Below are positions 21,279-30,928 of a stretch of DNA of 57,855 nt, one piece after another; positions within the stretch are counted from its first letter, which is position 1; each line of letters opens with the position of its first letter. The position numbers were made by a program, and so were the translations under genes. The notes under the pieces are model-generated. The model searched no databases and had not been told where the DNA came from. It saw nothing but the letters and a program-made list of their open reading frames with translations. Source of the stretch: an uncultured bacterium (GTDB lineage Bacteria; JAGOEH01); NCBI GenBank assembly GCA_964632485.1, contig CAZWDO010000023.1, forward strand, positions 1 to 57,855. Reading direction: 5' to 3'.

Positions 21279-22289
21279 ATGTCAACCCAACATGGTTTAA
21301 GCATCCAGGATATAGTAGCCGCAAACCAACGTATCCACAAATTGGTTAAGCATACACAGATATTGACCTCTTCTTTATTAAATAAATGGTTAGGGCATGA
21401 AATCTTCTTCAAGGCAGAATGCTTTCAAACGATTGGAGCATTCAAGGCGCGGGGAGCATGCAATACAATCGCATGGTTGATAGAAAATAATATTAAACCT
21501 ACGCGCATTGTTGCAAACAGTTCGGGTAATCATGCGCAGGCTGTCGCGTGGGCCGCGAATCAATTTGGCATTCCATCCACGATATATATGCCGTCAAACT
21601 CGTCAAAAATTAAAATACAAGCCACTTCCGGATATGGCGCAAAAGTTGTTTTGTGCGAGTCTCGCGCAATAGCCGATGAAAAAGTAAAACAAGCCTCGGA
21701 GGAGCCCGGAGTTTATTGGATACCGCCATTTAATCATGAGCAAGTGATCGCTGGACAAGGAACCGCAGTTTATGAAGCGCTTATGGAATTAGGGGAAGTT
21801 CATGCGGTCTTTGCCCCATGTGGGGGAGGGGGCCTTTTGTCCGGTTCATTGATAGCTGCCAATGCCTTATCACCCCATGCCGAAATCATTGGTGCTGAAC
21901 CGTTGAATGCCAATGATGCCGCTCAATCCATCCGCTTGAATTCCATTCAAAGACTTCAATCAACACCTGACACAATAGCCGACGGCGCAAGGACTTTGGC
22001 AATTGGTAGCATTACCTTTGAATATTTGAAGAAATTACATAAAATATATGAAATCACTGAATCTCAAATCATTTATTGGACCCAGTGGCTAACTCATTTA
22101 TTGAAAATTCGAGTGGAACCTACAAGCGCTATGGCAATGGAAGCAGCATCTCAATGGTTATCAATCCAATCCGCCAAAAAGCGAGTCTTAATCGCGCTTT
22201 CAGGAGGCAATATTGACCAGGAAACCTCCTTGAAACTTTGGGAGCGCAATTTTTTATTTGATTTGCCAAGTCTAAACAACAAGAAATGA
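21279..22289 (+). CDS. PLP-dependent serine/threonine dehydratase (serine racemase-like)
   Basis: KAECFQTIGAFKARG, SSGNHAQ, PCGGGGLLSG, SGGNID. Confidence 0.9.
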   Translation: MSTQHGLSIQDIVAANQRIHKLVKHTQILTSSLLNKWLGHEIFFKAECFQTIGAFKARGACNTIAWLIENNIKPTRIVANSSGNHAQAVAWAANQFGIPSTIYMPSNSSKIKIQATSGYGAKVVLCESRAIADEKVKQASEEPGVYWIPPFNHEQVIAGQGTAVYEALMELGEVHAVFAPCGGGGLLSGSLIAANALSPHAEIIGAEPLNANDAAQSIRLNSIQRLQSTPDTIADGARTLAIGSITFEYLKKLHKIYEITESQIIYWTQWLTHLLKIRVEPTSAMAMEAASQWLSIQSAKKRVLIALSGGNIDQETSLKLWERNFLFDLPSLNNKK

Positions 22290-22396
22290 TTTTTAATACA
22301 GATAACAGGGCCAGGGATGGGCTAGTGTAATTTTTTTCGCATCATTGTAAATGGATCAGGATTTTGTCAAAATTGAACAGAAAGGATTCTGAGCGT

Positions 22397-24457
22397 ATGG
22401 AATCGAAATTATCTCCAGAAATCGACAGTAAAATGTCAGACCGGCATTCAACTTCATCTCATCCGCTAGTCATCGTGGTTGATGGGTATTCCACCGGCCG
22501 TTTTTATACATCTGAGTTGAAAAAACGCGGGTATCGGTCCTATCATCTGGCTTCAGGCGCTGAGCGAGCGTCAGAAGCTTTATCAGCCTATGTGGCTCAT
22601 GCGGGCGACGATTTGCTACATGATTACGAGGGTTTGCTTGAGCATAACTGCGATATCGAAGAAACCGCGCGGAAGGTTGCCGAGCTTCAGCCAGTGGCGA
22701 TATTAGCTGGATGTGAATGCGCGGTGGAACTCACGGATGCCCTGGCCGAGAAACTCGGCTTAGCGGGCAATTGTCCGGCTTCGAGTCAGGTTCGACGTAA
22801 TAAGGATCTGATGCAGCAGGCGCTTTCGGCAGGAGGGCTTCGATCTATTAGAAGCCTTAAAACTAACAGTTTGTCTGAGCTTTTGGCTTTTGCTAAGTCG
22901 CTGGATTCTCAGGTAGTAGTGGTTAAACCCCTACGCAGTTCAGGCACTGATGGCGTTCATTTTTGCCATACTCCCGAGGAGCTTCAATCCGCTTTTGAAA
23001 ATCTGATGGGTTCGCGATCGTTTTTTGGCGAAGTTAATGATGCAATACTGGCTCAGGAATTTATTCATGGGCCTGAAATTGTCATCAATACTGTATCCTC
23101 CGGGGGACGGCATTGCGTTTCGGATGTTTGGCTTTACAATAAGGTAATCAACGAAGATGCGCCGGTCTATGAACATGTTCGTCTGGCTGTTGAATTGGAT
23201 GCGGAACTCCGGAAAGCTGCAAGCTATTGTATGTCAGTTCTGGATCTGCTGGGAATCAAACAGGGCCCGGCTCACGCGGAGATTATACTGGCCAAAGATG
23301 GTCCTGCGCTTGTGGAATGCGCTGCTCGGCCCATGGGAGGCGGGTTCCCTCAAGACCTGATGCGAGAATCTCTGGGTCATACGCAGATTGAATGGGCCCT
23401 TGATTCTTATCTTGATTTAAAGCGATTTGAGAGTTATCTGAAGATGCCCTATAAAGCGGTTAAACATTACTTAGTTAAGTTTTTTGTCTCTACTCGCCAG
23501 GGTGAATTGACCAGTATCCCCAGCGCCACCCTCCTTTCCGGGCTTAAATCCATGCGTAGCGGTAATTTTGTCTCGTTGTTCGAGAATTATCGCGTGGAAC
23601 GCACTGTGGATTTGTTCACCAGTCCGGCATATCTGTGCCTTTGTCATGAAGATGGCGATATAGTGATGAATGATGCCGCGCTTGTCCGTGAATTGGAAGT
23701 TGAGGGGCAAAACGAGTTGTTTGAGTTAGCGCCCGATGGAAGCAGTGTGGAGATGACCGGCGACTGGTTTGCGCATATTCCCGATGCTTTATGGCTTAAA
23801 AGTGAGGAAGAAGCGCGTCAGGATGCGCTGTTAGTGGCCCGCGCCTTAAACATCGCCGCGGGGATGGAACTGCTCGACGCTCCTTGTGGCGACTGCCGCG
23901 TGGGCATCCATTTAGCGGCTTTAGGCGTGAAATATACCGGACTGGATTTGAATCCCCGTTTCGTCCAGAAGGCCCGGGAGCGTTTTTCTCAGGCCGGAAT
24001 CCAGGCGGATCTCTCGGTTGACGATATGCGCAATATCGACTATGAAGGACGTTTTGATCTGGTCCTCAATTGGTTCAATAGTTTCGGCTATTTCGGGGTT
24101 GAGGAAGATTTCGAGATGCTGAAACGTTTATCCCGATCGTTGAAACCGGGTGGACGTCTTCTCATGGAATCCCCCAACCGCGCCAATATTCTCCAAAATA
24201 TCCGCGGAAAACATGATAACAAGGGAAACGCGCTATCTCCAGTCTGGGATGGGGTAACCGAGCGTGTTCTGATGGAAGTGCCGATGCCTGATGGACAGGG
24301 AATGAAAAGCGTGGTTATTGGCACGCGGATGTATAGCTTAAATCAGCTTAAGCTGCTGTTTCGACTGGCGGGATTGCAAGTGTTGAAGGTTTTTGACGAG
24401 GGTTTGAACGAATTCGGCGAAAAATCGCAACGGGTGATCCTCCTTGCGGAGAAATGA
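22397..24457 (+). CDS. ATP-grasp amino-acid ligase fused to a class I SAM methyltransferase
   Basis: VDGYSTG, RRNKDLM, VVKPLRSSGTDGV, QEFIHGPE, HAEI...VECAARPMGG; then LLDAPCGDCR and WFNSFGYF. Confidence 0.85.
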   Translation: MESKLSPEIDSKMSDRHSTSSHPLVIVVDGYSTGRFYTSELKKRGYRSYHLASGAERASEALSAYVAHAGDDLLHDYEGLLEHNCDIEETARKVAELQPVAILAGCECAVELTDALAEKLGLAGNCPASSQVRRNKDLMQQALSAGGLRSIRSLKTNSLSELLAFAKSLDSQVVVVKPLRSSGTDGVHFCHTPEELQSAFENLMGSRSFFGEVNDAILAQEFIHGPEIVINTVSSGGRHCVSDVWLYNKVINEDAPVYEHVRLAVELDAELRKAASYCMSVLDLLGIKQGPAHAEIILAKDGPALVECAARPMGGGFPQDLMRESLGHTQIEWALDSYLDLKRFESYLKMPYKAVKHYLVKFFVSTRQGELTSIPSATLLSGLKSMRSGNFVSLFENYRVERTVDLFTSPAYLCLCHEDGDIVMNDAALVRELEVEGQNELFELAPDGSSVEMTGDWFAHIPDALWLKSEEEARQDALLVARALNIAAGMELLDAPCGDCRVGIHLAALGVKYTGLDLNPRFVQKARERFSQAGIQADLSVDDMRNIDYEGRFDLVLNWFNSFGYFGVEEDFEMLKRLSRSLKPGGRLLMESPNRANILQNIRGKHDNKGNALSPVWDGVTERVLMEVPMPDGQGMKSVVIGTRMYSLNQLKLLFRLAGLQVLKVFDEGLNEFGEKSQRVILLAEK

Positions 24458-24562
24458 TGAATATGGTGGCGCAACCTTCTCAGAACCAACCGTTCGCGTG
24501 TTGTCATGCAGTGATGTTAATTCCCGGATTCTTACGCTTTTATTAATGATAAGGAGACAATC

Positions 24563-25495
24563 ATGCGCTTATTTAAACTGTGCAAATTTCCTTTTTTCCT
24601 TTCGATGCTGATGGGCATGCTTGTATTTTCCATATCCAGTTGCGGGCGAGAATATGATGGGTTGGATTTGAGCATGTATCAATATCGCGATACGAAAGAC
24701 CTGGTTAAATTTGTCTATGATGCTTCGCTAAAATTGAAAACAGAAGGCCTGAAAAGTCTGGATTATTTTCGAAATAACCGTCGATTATTCAATACGCCCA
24801 ATTATTACCTTTATATCTATGACATGAAAGGGATTAATATTTATCATGCCGGCATGGAAAACTTAGAAGGCAGAAATCTGGGGGATATTACCGATAAAAA
24901 CGGCAAACCCATCGCTCAATTGATTTTAGACGCTCTTAAAGACAGGAACAATCCCCACGCCTGGATGCACTATTCATGGTGGGAGCCTGGCAAGTTTTAT
25001 TCAGTGCCTAAATCGTCATGTCATTTCAAAGTCATGACCCCTGAAGGTCTCGAGCTATTTGTTGGCGGTGGAATCAATTATCCCCATGAAGAACAGGAAT
25101 TCATTCGGATTATCGTGGATGGCGCCGCGGAACTGATCAGGGAAAAAGGATTGGAGGCGCTGGCAAGCATCGCCGATCCGGTTTCGCAGTACAACTACCG
25201 CGACGTCCATGTTTTCGCATTTCGCGCTAATGGCGATATGCTGATTTCACCGGCGATTAATATTACATTTTCTCAAACAAATCTGCTGGATTGTATTGAT
25301 GAAGTCAAGCATAAACCCTTCGCCCGCGCTTTGGAAAAACTGGCGATCGCCGATCACGCCTGGGAGGTTTTTATGGCTAAAAACCGCTATAAACGAGAAC
25401 TGATAAAAAAATCGTTGTATATTCGTAAAGTGAATCTGGTAGAAAATGAGATTTATGTGGCGGCAATAACCGATCTGCCGCAACCCCCCTATTGA
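24563..25495 (+). CDS. Tandem Cache-domain lipoprotein without an output domain
   Basis: Lipobox ISSC; YLYIYDMKG...DKNGK...W.HYSW and a second repeat (HVFAF...GDML). Confidence 0.7.
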   Translation: MRLFKLCKFPFFLSMLMGMLVFSISSCGREYDGLDLSMYQYRDTKDLVKFVYDASLKLKTEGLKSLDYFRNNRRLFNTPNYYLYIYDMKGINIYHAGMENLEGRNLGDITDKNGKPIAQLILDALKDRNNPHAWMHYSWWEPGKFYSVPKSSCHFKVMTPEGLELFVGGGINYPHEEQEFIRIIVDGAAELIREKGLEALASIADPVSQYNYRDVHVFAFRANGDMLISPAINITFSQTNLLDCIDEVKHKPFARALEKLAIADHAWEVFMAKNRYKRELIKKSLYIRKVNLVENEIYVAAITDLPQPPY

Positions 25496-25509
25496 GACAG
25501 GAGTAGCTC

Positions 25510-26865
25510 ATGACCGCTAAAAATAATCAATATGAATATACAGTCAATCAGGTTCCTCCTTTGGGACATTTGTTCATATCTTCGGTACAACATGTCTTGT
25601 TGATGGTGATATCCCTTGCGCTGCCGATTCTTTTTGCCAGTCAGATTAATGGAACCCCGGAATTTGCCGCTACATTTATCGCTTTTTCCATGCTGGCGGC
25701 CGGGTTGGGTTCCATCATTCAATCGCTTCGTTTGCCGTTTATCGGTTCCGGTTATCTCTGCCCTAATTTATGTGGTCCTTCCTATTTCAGTCTTTCCTTA
25801 TCCGCAGCCTGGGTGGGAGGCATTCCACTCATGCGGGGGATGATCATCGTCGCCGGACTGGTTGAAATGATGATAGCGCCTATGATCCAAAAACTGAGGA
25901 AAATTTTTCCCACTTATATCGTCGGGCTGGTGATGGCGCTGGTCGGGGTGAGTGTGATCAAGATTTCGGTTACTTCATTTTTTGGACTGGTGTTTCGCGA
26001 TGATGCCATTCAAAGTCCCGATATTGTCATTGGTGTGTTTTCGCTGATGGTTATGGTCCTGGCGAACATCTGGGGCAAAGGCTATGTGAAGATGTATTGC
26101 CTGATCATCGGTATTGCTTCGGGGTGGATACTGGCGTTGATCCTGGCGCCTGAATACCGGCATTCCCTTGTTACTCTCAAGGATTTTCCCTTATTCTCTA
26201 TGCCGTCCGCCGGCGCAGCTTTCCGGGGAATCAAATTTGAATTCAGATTGGTTGTTCCCTTTATGCTTATTGCCATGATCGGATCGCTGAAATCATTTGG
26301 AAATTTGTTAGTGGCGCAAAAAATATCAGAACCCGGTCTGACGGAACCGAATTTTGTTCCCATCCGCAACGGTTTGATGGCTGACGGTATCTCGACCGCT
26401 CTGGCCGGGTTGCTGGGCGGAATGGCGGTCGATACTTCATCCAGCAATATTGGGCTTGCGGGCGCCACCAAGGTTGTCAGCCGCTGGATCAGCGTGGGCG
26501 CGGGTATTATTTTTGTCGTACTGGCATTTTTCCCGAAGTTTGTCACTTTTCTCTCGCTGACACCGAAACCAATTTTGGGCGCTTCCATTATATTTTCCGG
26601 ATGTTTCATGGTATGCCTGGGATTGCAGGAGACGTTCGGTGAGCAGTGGAATCCGCGTAAAACCTTTGTCGTGGGTATTTCTTTATTTTTCGGTCTCAGC
26701 ACCGCCTTTTTGCCCAGTCTATATGCCCGAGCGCCGCATGTCATCCAAACCTTTTTTACAGATCCATTACCCACGGCGACGCTGCTGGCTGTGCTGTTGA
26801 ATCAGATTTTTAATCTGGATGTAGCTCTGGGCAGTCTGAGAAATAGATATATCAAAAATGGTTGA
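25510..26865 (+). CDS. NCS2/NAT xanthine-uracil permease family transporter
   Basis: SSVQHVL in TM1; NGLMADG; SSSNIGLAGATKVVSR signature. Confidence 0.85.
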   Translation: MTAKNNQYEYTVNQVPPLGHLFISSVQHVLLMVISLALPILFASQINGTPEFAATFIAFSMLAAGLGSIIQSLRLPFIGSGYLCPNLCGPSYFSLSLSAAWVGGIPLMRGMIIVAGLVEMMIAPMIQKLRKIFPTYIVGLVMALVGVSVIKISVTSFFGLVFRDDAIQSPDIVIGVFSLMVMVLANIWGKGYVKMYCLIIGIASGWILALILAPEYRHSLVTLKDFPLFSMPSAGAAFRGIKFEFRLVVPFMLIAMIGSLKSFGNLLVAQKISEPGLTEPNFVPIRNGLMADGISTALAGLLGGMAVDTSSSNIGLAGATKVVSRWISVGAGIIFVVLAFFPKFVTFLSLTPKPILGASIIFSGCFMVCLGLQETFGEQWNPRKTFVVGISLFFGLSTAFLPSLYARAPHVIQTFFTDPLPTATLLAVLLNQIFNLDVALGSLRNRYIKNG

Positions 26866-27040
26866 TTATAACTCGTTCAAAAATTTGATTTTTTTACAAA
26901 CCCACCGTATATCATGATTGAGCATAACTTGCCAATCCATGGGTAGAGCGCTTCATCTCGCTTGTTGACGGAGTTAACCGTCAAGCGATTTGCTCGTAAG
27001 ATGTTGGCCGTTGCCGAATTCATACAAAGGAGATGGCTCT

Positions 27041-29383
27041 ATGTCGGATCCCGGCGATAGAATTGAAAAATTGGTTGAAAAAATGGAACTGCTGTCCCGG
27101 CAGCATGATTTGTTTTCCCAACAAATCATGGCATTGAACCGTGAACTCGAAGATATCAGAAACAAACAAGCCGCGCCTCTTTCCACACCGGCTATTCCAC
27201 TGGAGAGTACCCAGGAATCAGCGCCCACTCCCGCTCCCACACTCACTCCCACTCCCGAGCCCGCCAGGCAAATGCCTGTGAAGGCGAAATCCGATTTAGA
27301 GAAGTATATCGGAGAAAATATACTCAACAAGATCGGCATTGGCATTACAATTATCGGTGTGGCCATTGGCGTTGAATATTCAATCGAACACGGCCTGATC
27401 AGTCCCGCCACACGGATCGCTTTGGCCTATCTGGTGGGGATGCTGCTGCTGGGCTTGGGTTTTAAATTGAAGAAAACAATGCTTAGTTTCAGCGCGGTAT
27501 TAGTGAGCGGAGCTATGGCCATCCTGTATTTGTCCACATTCTCGGCCTATGCGTTTTATAACCTGATCCCGCGAATTCCGGCTTTTGCCCTGATGGTGGT
27601 TTTCACCGCTTTAACGGTGCCGATCGCCATTGGGTACAATCTCTCGGTGATTGCCCATATTGGCCTGGTTGGCGCGTATGCCGTCCCTTTTTTGGTCAGC
27701 GCGGATACCGGCAATGCAGCGGCGCTTTTCAGCTATATGGCGCTCATCAATGGCGGCATTCTCGTTCTTTCTTTGTGGAAATACTGGAAATCCCTTTTTT
27801 ACTCTTCCTTCGCTATTTCCTGGCTGATATATGGCGTATGGGTTGCCGATCAGTACGACGCATCCAGGCATTTCCAACTGGCCTTGATTTTTCTGATCCT
27901 TTTCTTTGCCATTTTTTATACGACATTCCTTGTCAATAAACTTTTCCGGAATGAAATTTTTAGAAACAATGACGTTTTTCTCCTCTTGGCCAATTCATTC
28001 ATCTTTTATGGGTTGGGCTATACCATTCTCCTTTCCCGGGAAAGCGTGGCCCAGTTTGCCGGAATCTACACGGCTCTTAACGCTTTGGTTCATTTTAGTG
28101 TCAGTATGGTGATTTTTCGTCAAAAACTTATCGATAGGAACATTTTTTATTTCGTTTGCGGGTTATCCCTGGTATTTATCACGATCGCCATTCCCGTTCA
28201 ATTTGACGGCAACTGGGTAACTCTTGTGTGGGTAGGTGAGGCGCTGTTGCTGTTCTGGATTGGTAGAGGCAAGCAAACCCCGTTTTATGAAAGCCTGGCG
28301 CGACCTTTGATTATTCTGGCCTTCCTAAGCCTGGTCCAGGATTGGATGACAGTCTATGGAGTATATTCAGCCGATCTTCATAAAACTTATCTTGTTCCTT
28401 TTTTCAATGTCAATTTTTTCAGTTCGCTGATCTGTATCGCCTCCTTTGCCCTGATAACTCGTTTCGATCGTATGGAAACAGCCGCCTCACTGCCTGCATC
28501 GCGATTATCCAGGATATTTTCATTTCTGATTCCCACTGTTTTAATCATATCCATCTATTTTTCCTTACGTATGGAAATCGCTCAATATTGGCATCAATTA
28601 TCTGTCGATTCCACGATATCGGTTACCAGAGACGGAGCGCTGTATCCCGATACCTACTATGATCTGGATTTAGATAGTTTTAAAACAGTTTGGCTTGCCG
28701 CTTATTCTCTGCTGTTTGCGACCGGACTGACCTGGATCAATTGGAAAAAAATCAGGAACCGGCGGCTTGGGATCATCTGTTTGGGGTTGTGCCTGTTCAC
28801 GTTGGTTTTGTTTTTGACCGAAGGTCTCGAGGCCTTGAGTCACCTGCGCGCCAGTTATTTGGAGCAGTCGATGTCCGAGTATTATCACCGGGGCATTGGA
28901 AATATAGCCATTCGTTACGCGTCCCTGGCTATAGCGGCGTTGACAGTCATTACCTGCTTTCAATATTTGCATCAGCGGCTGACTGCCGGCAAGTTGGCGA
29001 TAACGGTCGATCTTTTGCTCCATTTTGCCATTCTGTGGATGCTCAGCAGTGAATGGCAGCATTGGGTGGCGATCATGGAATTCCCCGCGGCAGGCAATCC
29101 GGGACTTAGCATTGTGTGGGGGGGATATTCGCTCCTGCTGATTGCGATCGGCATCCGGCGCCAGAAAAAACACCTGCGTATCGCCGCTATTACGCTGTTC
29201 GGGATTACTCTCTATAAACTCTTTTTTATGGATATCGCTGATTTTGGGACGATCGCTAAAACCATGGCGCTGGTATCTCTGGGAGCCCTGCTGCTGGTTA
29301 TCTCTTTTTTGTATAACCGTTATAATTTTGCTGAGCGCGCGCGCGATGCAATTCAAACTGAAACGGCAAACACTAAAGTGTAA
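27041..29383 (+). CDS. DUF2339 multi-pass membrane protein
   Basis: LEKYIGENILNKIGI; coiled coil + Pro/Thr linker; C-terminal KLFFMDI...SFLY. Confidence 0.85.
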   Translation: MSDPGDRIEKLVEKMELLSRQHDLFSQQIMALNRELEDIRNKQAAPLSTPAIPLESTQESAPTPAPTLTPTPEPARQMPVKAKSDLEKYIGENILNKIGIGITIIGVAIGVEYSIEHGLISPATRIALAYLVGMLLLGLGFKLKKTMLSFSAVLVSGAMAILYLSTFSAYAFYNLIPRIPAFALMVVFTALTVPIAIGYNLSVIAHIGLVGAYAVPFLVSADTGNAAALFSYMALINGGILVLSLWKYWKSLFYSSFAISWLIYGVWVADQYDASRHFQLALIFLILFFAIFYTTFLVNKLFRNEIFRNNDVFLLLANSFIFYGLGYTILLSRESVAQFAGIYTALNALVHFSVSMVIFRQKLIDRNIFYFVCGLSLVFITIAIPVQFDGNWVTLVWVGEALLLFWIGRGKQTPFYESLARPLIILAFLSLVQDWMTVYGVYSADLHKTYLVPFFNVNFFSSLICIASFALITRFDRMETAASLPASRLSRIFSFLIPTVLIISIYFSLRMEIAQYWHQLSVDSTISVTRDGALYPDTYYDLDLDSFKTVWLAAYSLLFATGLTWINWKKIRNRRLGIICLGLCLFTLVLFLTEGLEALSHLRASYLEQSMSEYYHRGIGNIAIRYASLAIAALTVITCFQYLHQRLTAGKLAITVDLLLHFAILWMLSSEWQHWVAIMEFPAAGNPGLSIVWGGYSLLLIAIGIRRQKKHLRIAAITLFGITLYKLFFMDIADFGTIAKTMALVSLGALLLVISFLYNRYNFAERARDAIQTETANTKV

Positions 29384-29394
29384 AGGAGAGTTAA

Positions 29395-30612
29395 ATGAAT
29401 CAACCGACATCCCGGACGCTGGCGTTGACAAAAAAAACAGCTATTGTGTTTATTATACTTTTTGGTATTGTCAGCTTGTTTGCCGACATGAACTATGAAG
29501 GTGGAAGAAGTGTTGTGGGACAGTATCTGAAATTGCTGGGAACCAGTGCGTTCGCCCTGGGTTTAGCGGCGGGGATTGGCGAATTCGTGGGGTATGCGCT
29601 CAGGTTTTTTTCAGGAACAATAGCAGATAAAACCCGTAAGTACTGGCTGCTGATCATAACGGGCTATGCTGTGCAGCTTTGCTCGTTGCCCATGCTCGCC
29701 TTCATCCGGGGTTGGGAGCTTGCGATTGTTTTTTTGTTTCTGGAACGGGTAGGGAAAGCAATCCGGAAACCGGCGAATGATGCCGTTATCTCTTTTGCGT
29801 CCAGGCAGACCGGTAGCGGGTTCGGATTCGGACTACATGAAGCGATGGACCAGATTGGCGCATTTTTGGGTCCCGCTCTTTTTTCGCTGCTGCTTTTTAC
29901 ATCTCATACCGATAATACTCTCGCGACCTACCGCTCCGGCTTGCTGTTACTATTCATTCCCGCCGGGTTGGCGATTTTGGTTACCCTCCTGGCTCGGTTT
30001 CTTTTTCCCAATCCTGAGAAATTTGAGATTCGTTCAAAAACTCCCATGATTTCCGGAAAAGGATACTCTCGTTCCTATTGGATTATTGTGGTCGCTTCGG
30101 GATTGCTGGCTATGGGCATCACTGATTTCCCCCTGATCGGCCTGCATCTGAAAACCGTTGGCGTTTTTACCGAAGAAGCGATCCCCTTGCTTTACGCGGG
30201 CGCAATGGCCGTTGATGCTGCCGCCGCGATCGTATTCGGGTTCCTGTACGACCGAATTGGCATCCAAGCCCTGGCCGGACTGTTTCTGGTTGAAATTTTA
30301 ACCGCGCCGTTAGTTTTCTTGGGTTCATTCGGATGGATTATCGCTGGCATGGCGCTTTGGGGAATCAGCGTGGGCACTCAGGAATCAATCCTGAAAGCGG
30401 CTATCGGGGATCGAGTGCCCGAAGGCAAACGCGCCAGCGGTTTCGGACTTTTCAATACCCTCTTCGGGTTCTGTTGGTTTGCGGGTAGCGCGATCATCGG
30501 ATTCCTCTATGATCGGGTCGGAGTTCTTTCGCTGGTTGGCTTTTCTGTCGTAACTCAATCTGCCGCATTTATCGTATTTCTCCGGATTTTTCATCATGAA
30601 AACGCTAAATAA
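29395..30612 (+). CDS. MFS transporter
   Basis: VSLFADMNYEGGRS, GTIADKT, ERVGKAIRKPAND, GFLYDRIG; about 12 TM segments. Confidence 0.88.
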   Translation: MNQPTSRTLALTKKTAIVFIILFGIVSLFADMNYEGGRSVVGQYLKLLGTSAFALGLAAGIGEFVGYALRFFSGTIADKTRKYWLLIITGYAVQLCSLPMLAFIRGWELAIVFLFLERVGKAIRKPANDAVISFASRQTGSGFGFGLHEAMDQIGAFLGPALFSLLLFTSHTDNTLATYRSGLLLLFIPAGLAILVTLLARFLFPNPEKFEIRSKTPMISGKGYSRSYWIIVVASGLLAMGITDFPLIGLHLKTVGVFTEEAIPLLYAGAMAVDAAAAIVFGFLYDRIGIQALAGLFLVEILTAPLVFLGSFGWIIAGMALWGISVGTQESILKAAIGDRVPEGKRASGFGLFNTLFGFCWFAGSAIIGFLYDRVGVLSLVGFSVVTQSAAFIVFLRIFHHENAK

Positions 30613-30789
30613 AACCGGATGTAAAATTAAAATCCAACCTGTTATTACCTGTATAGGCTGATACGAAAAAAGAGAAAAAACAACGACTTTATGAAATTAT
30701 CTTTCAAACAGTTACCCCTGCGGGCCGGTTTCAATAAAATCTGCATTTTTTTCTCCGCCCTGCGGCTGAATGTCTTAGTAGCTTAACGT

Positions 30790-30897
30790 ATTCGACTAAG
30801 ACAGGCTATCCTGTGAGACCTTTGTATGGAGATGCTGTGTCCGAACAGGACATTCTGGCTGGAACTCGCATCATGGGTTGCTGCTTGGCTATTGAAT
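30790..30897 (+). ncRNA. Candidate structured leader RNA upstream of methyltransferase
   Basis: Nested complementary segments, listed in findings; ends 31 nt before the start codon. Confidence 0.45.
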
Positions 30898-30927
30898 CAA
30901 ATATACAAAATATTCAGAGGAGACTAA
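30826..30927 (+). CDS. Possible 33-aa leader peptide MEMLCPNRTFWLELASWVAAWLLNQIYKIFRGD
   Basis: Stop ends 1 nt before ATG 30929 and the ORF covers the downstream RBS. Confidence 0.3.
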   Translation: MEMLCPNRTFWLELASWVAAWLLNQIYKIFRGD

Positions 30928-30928
30928 C

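Noticed and set aside
27225-27260. CCCACT-like short tandem repeats
   Set aside because: They encode a Pro/Thr linker in DUF2339; in frame and imperfect.
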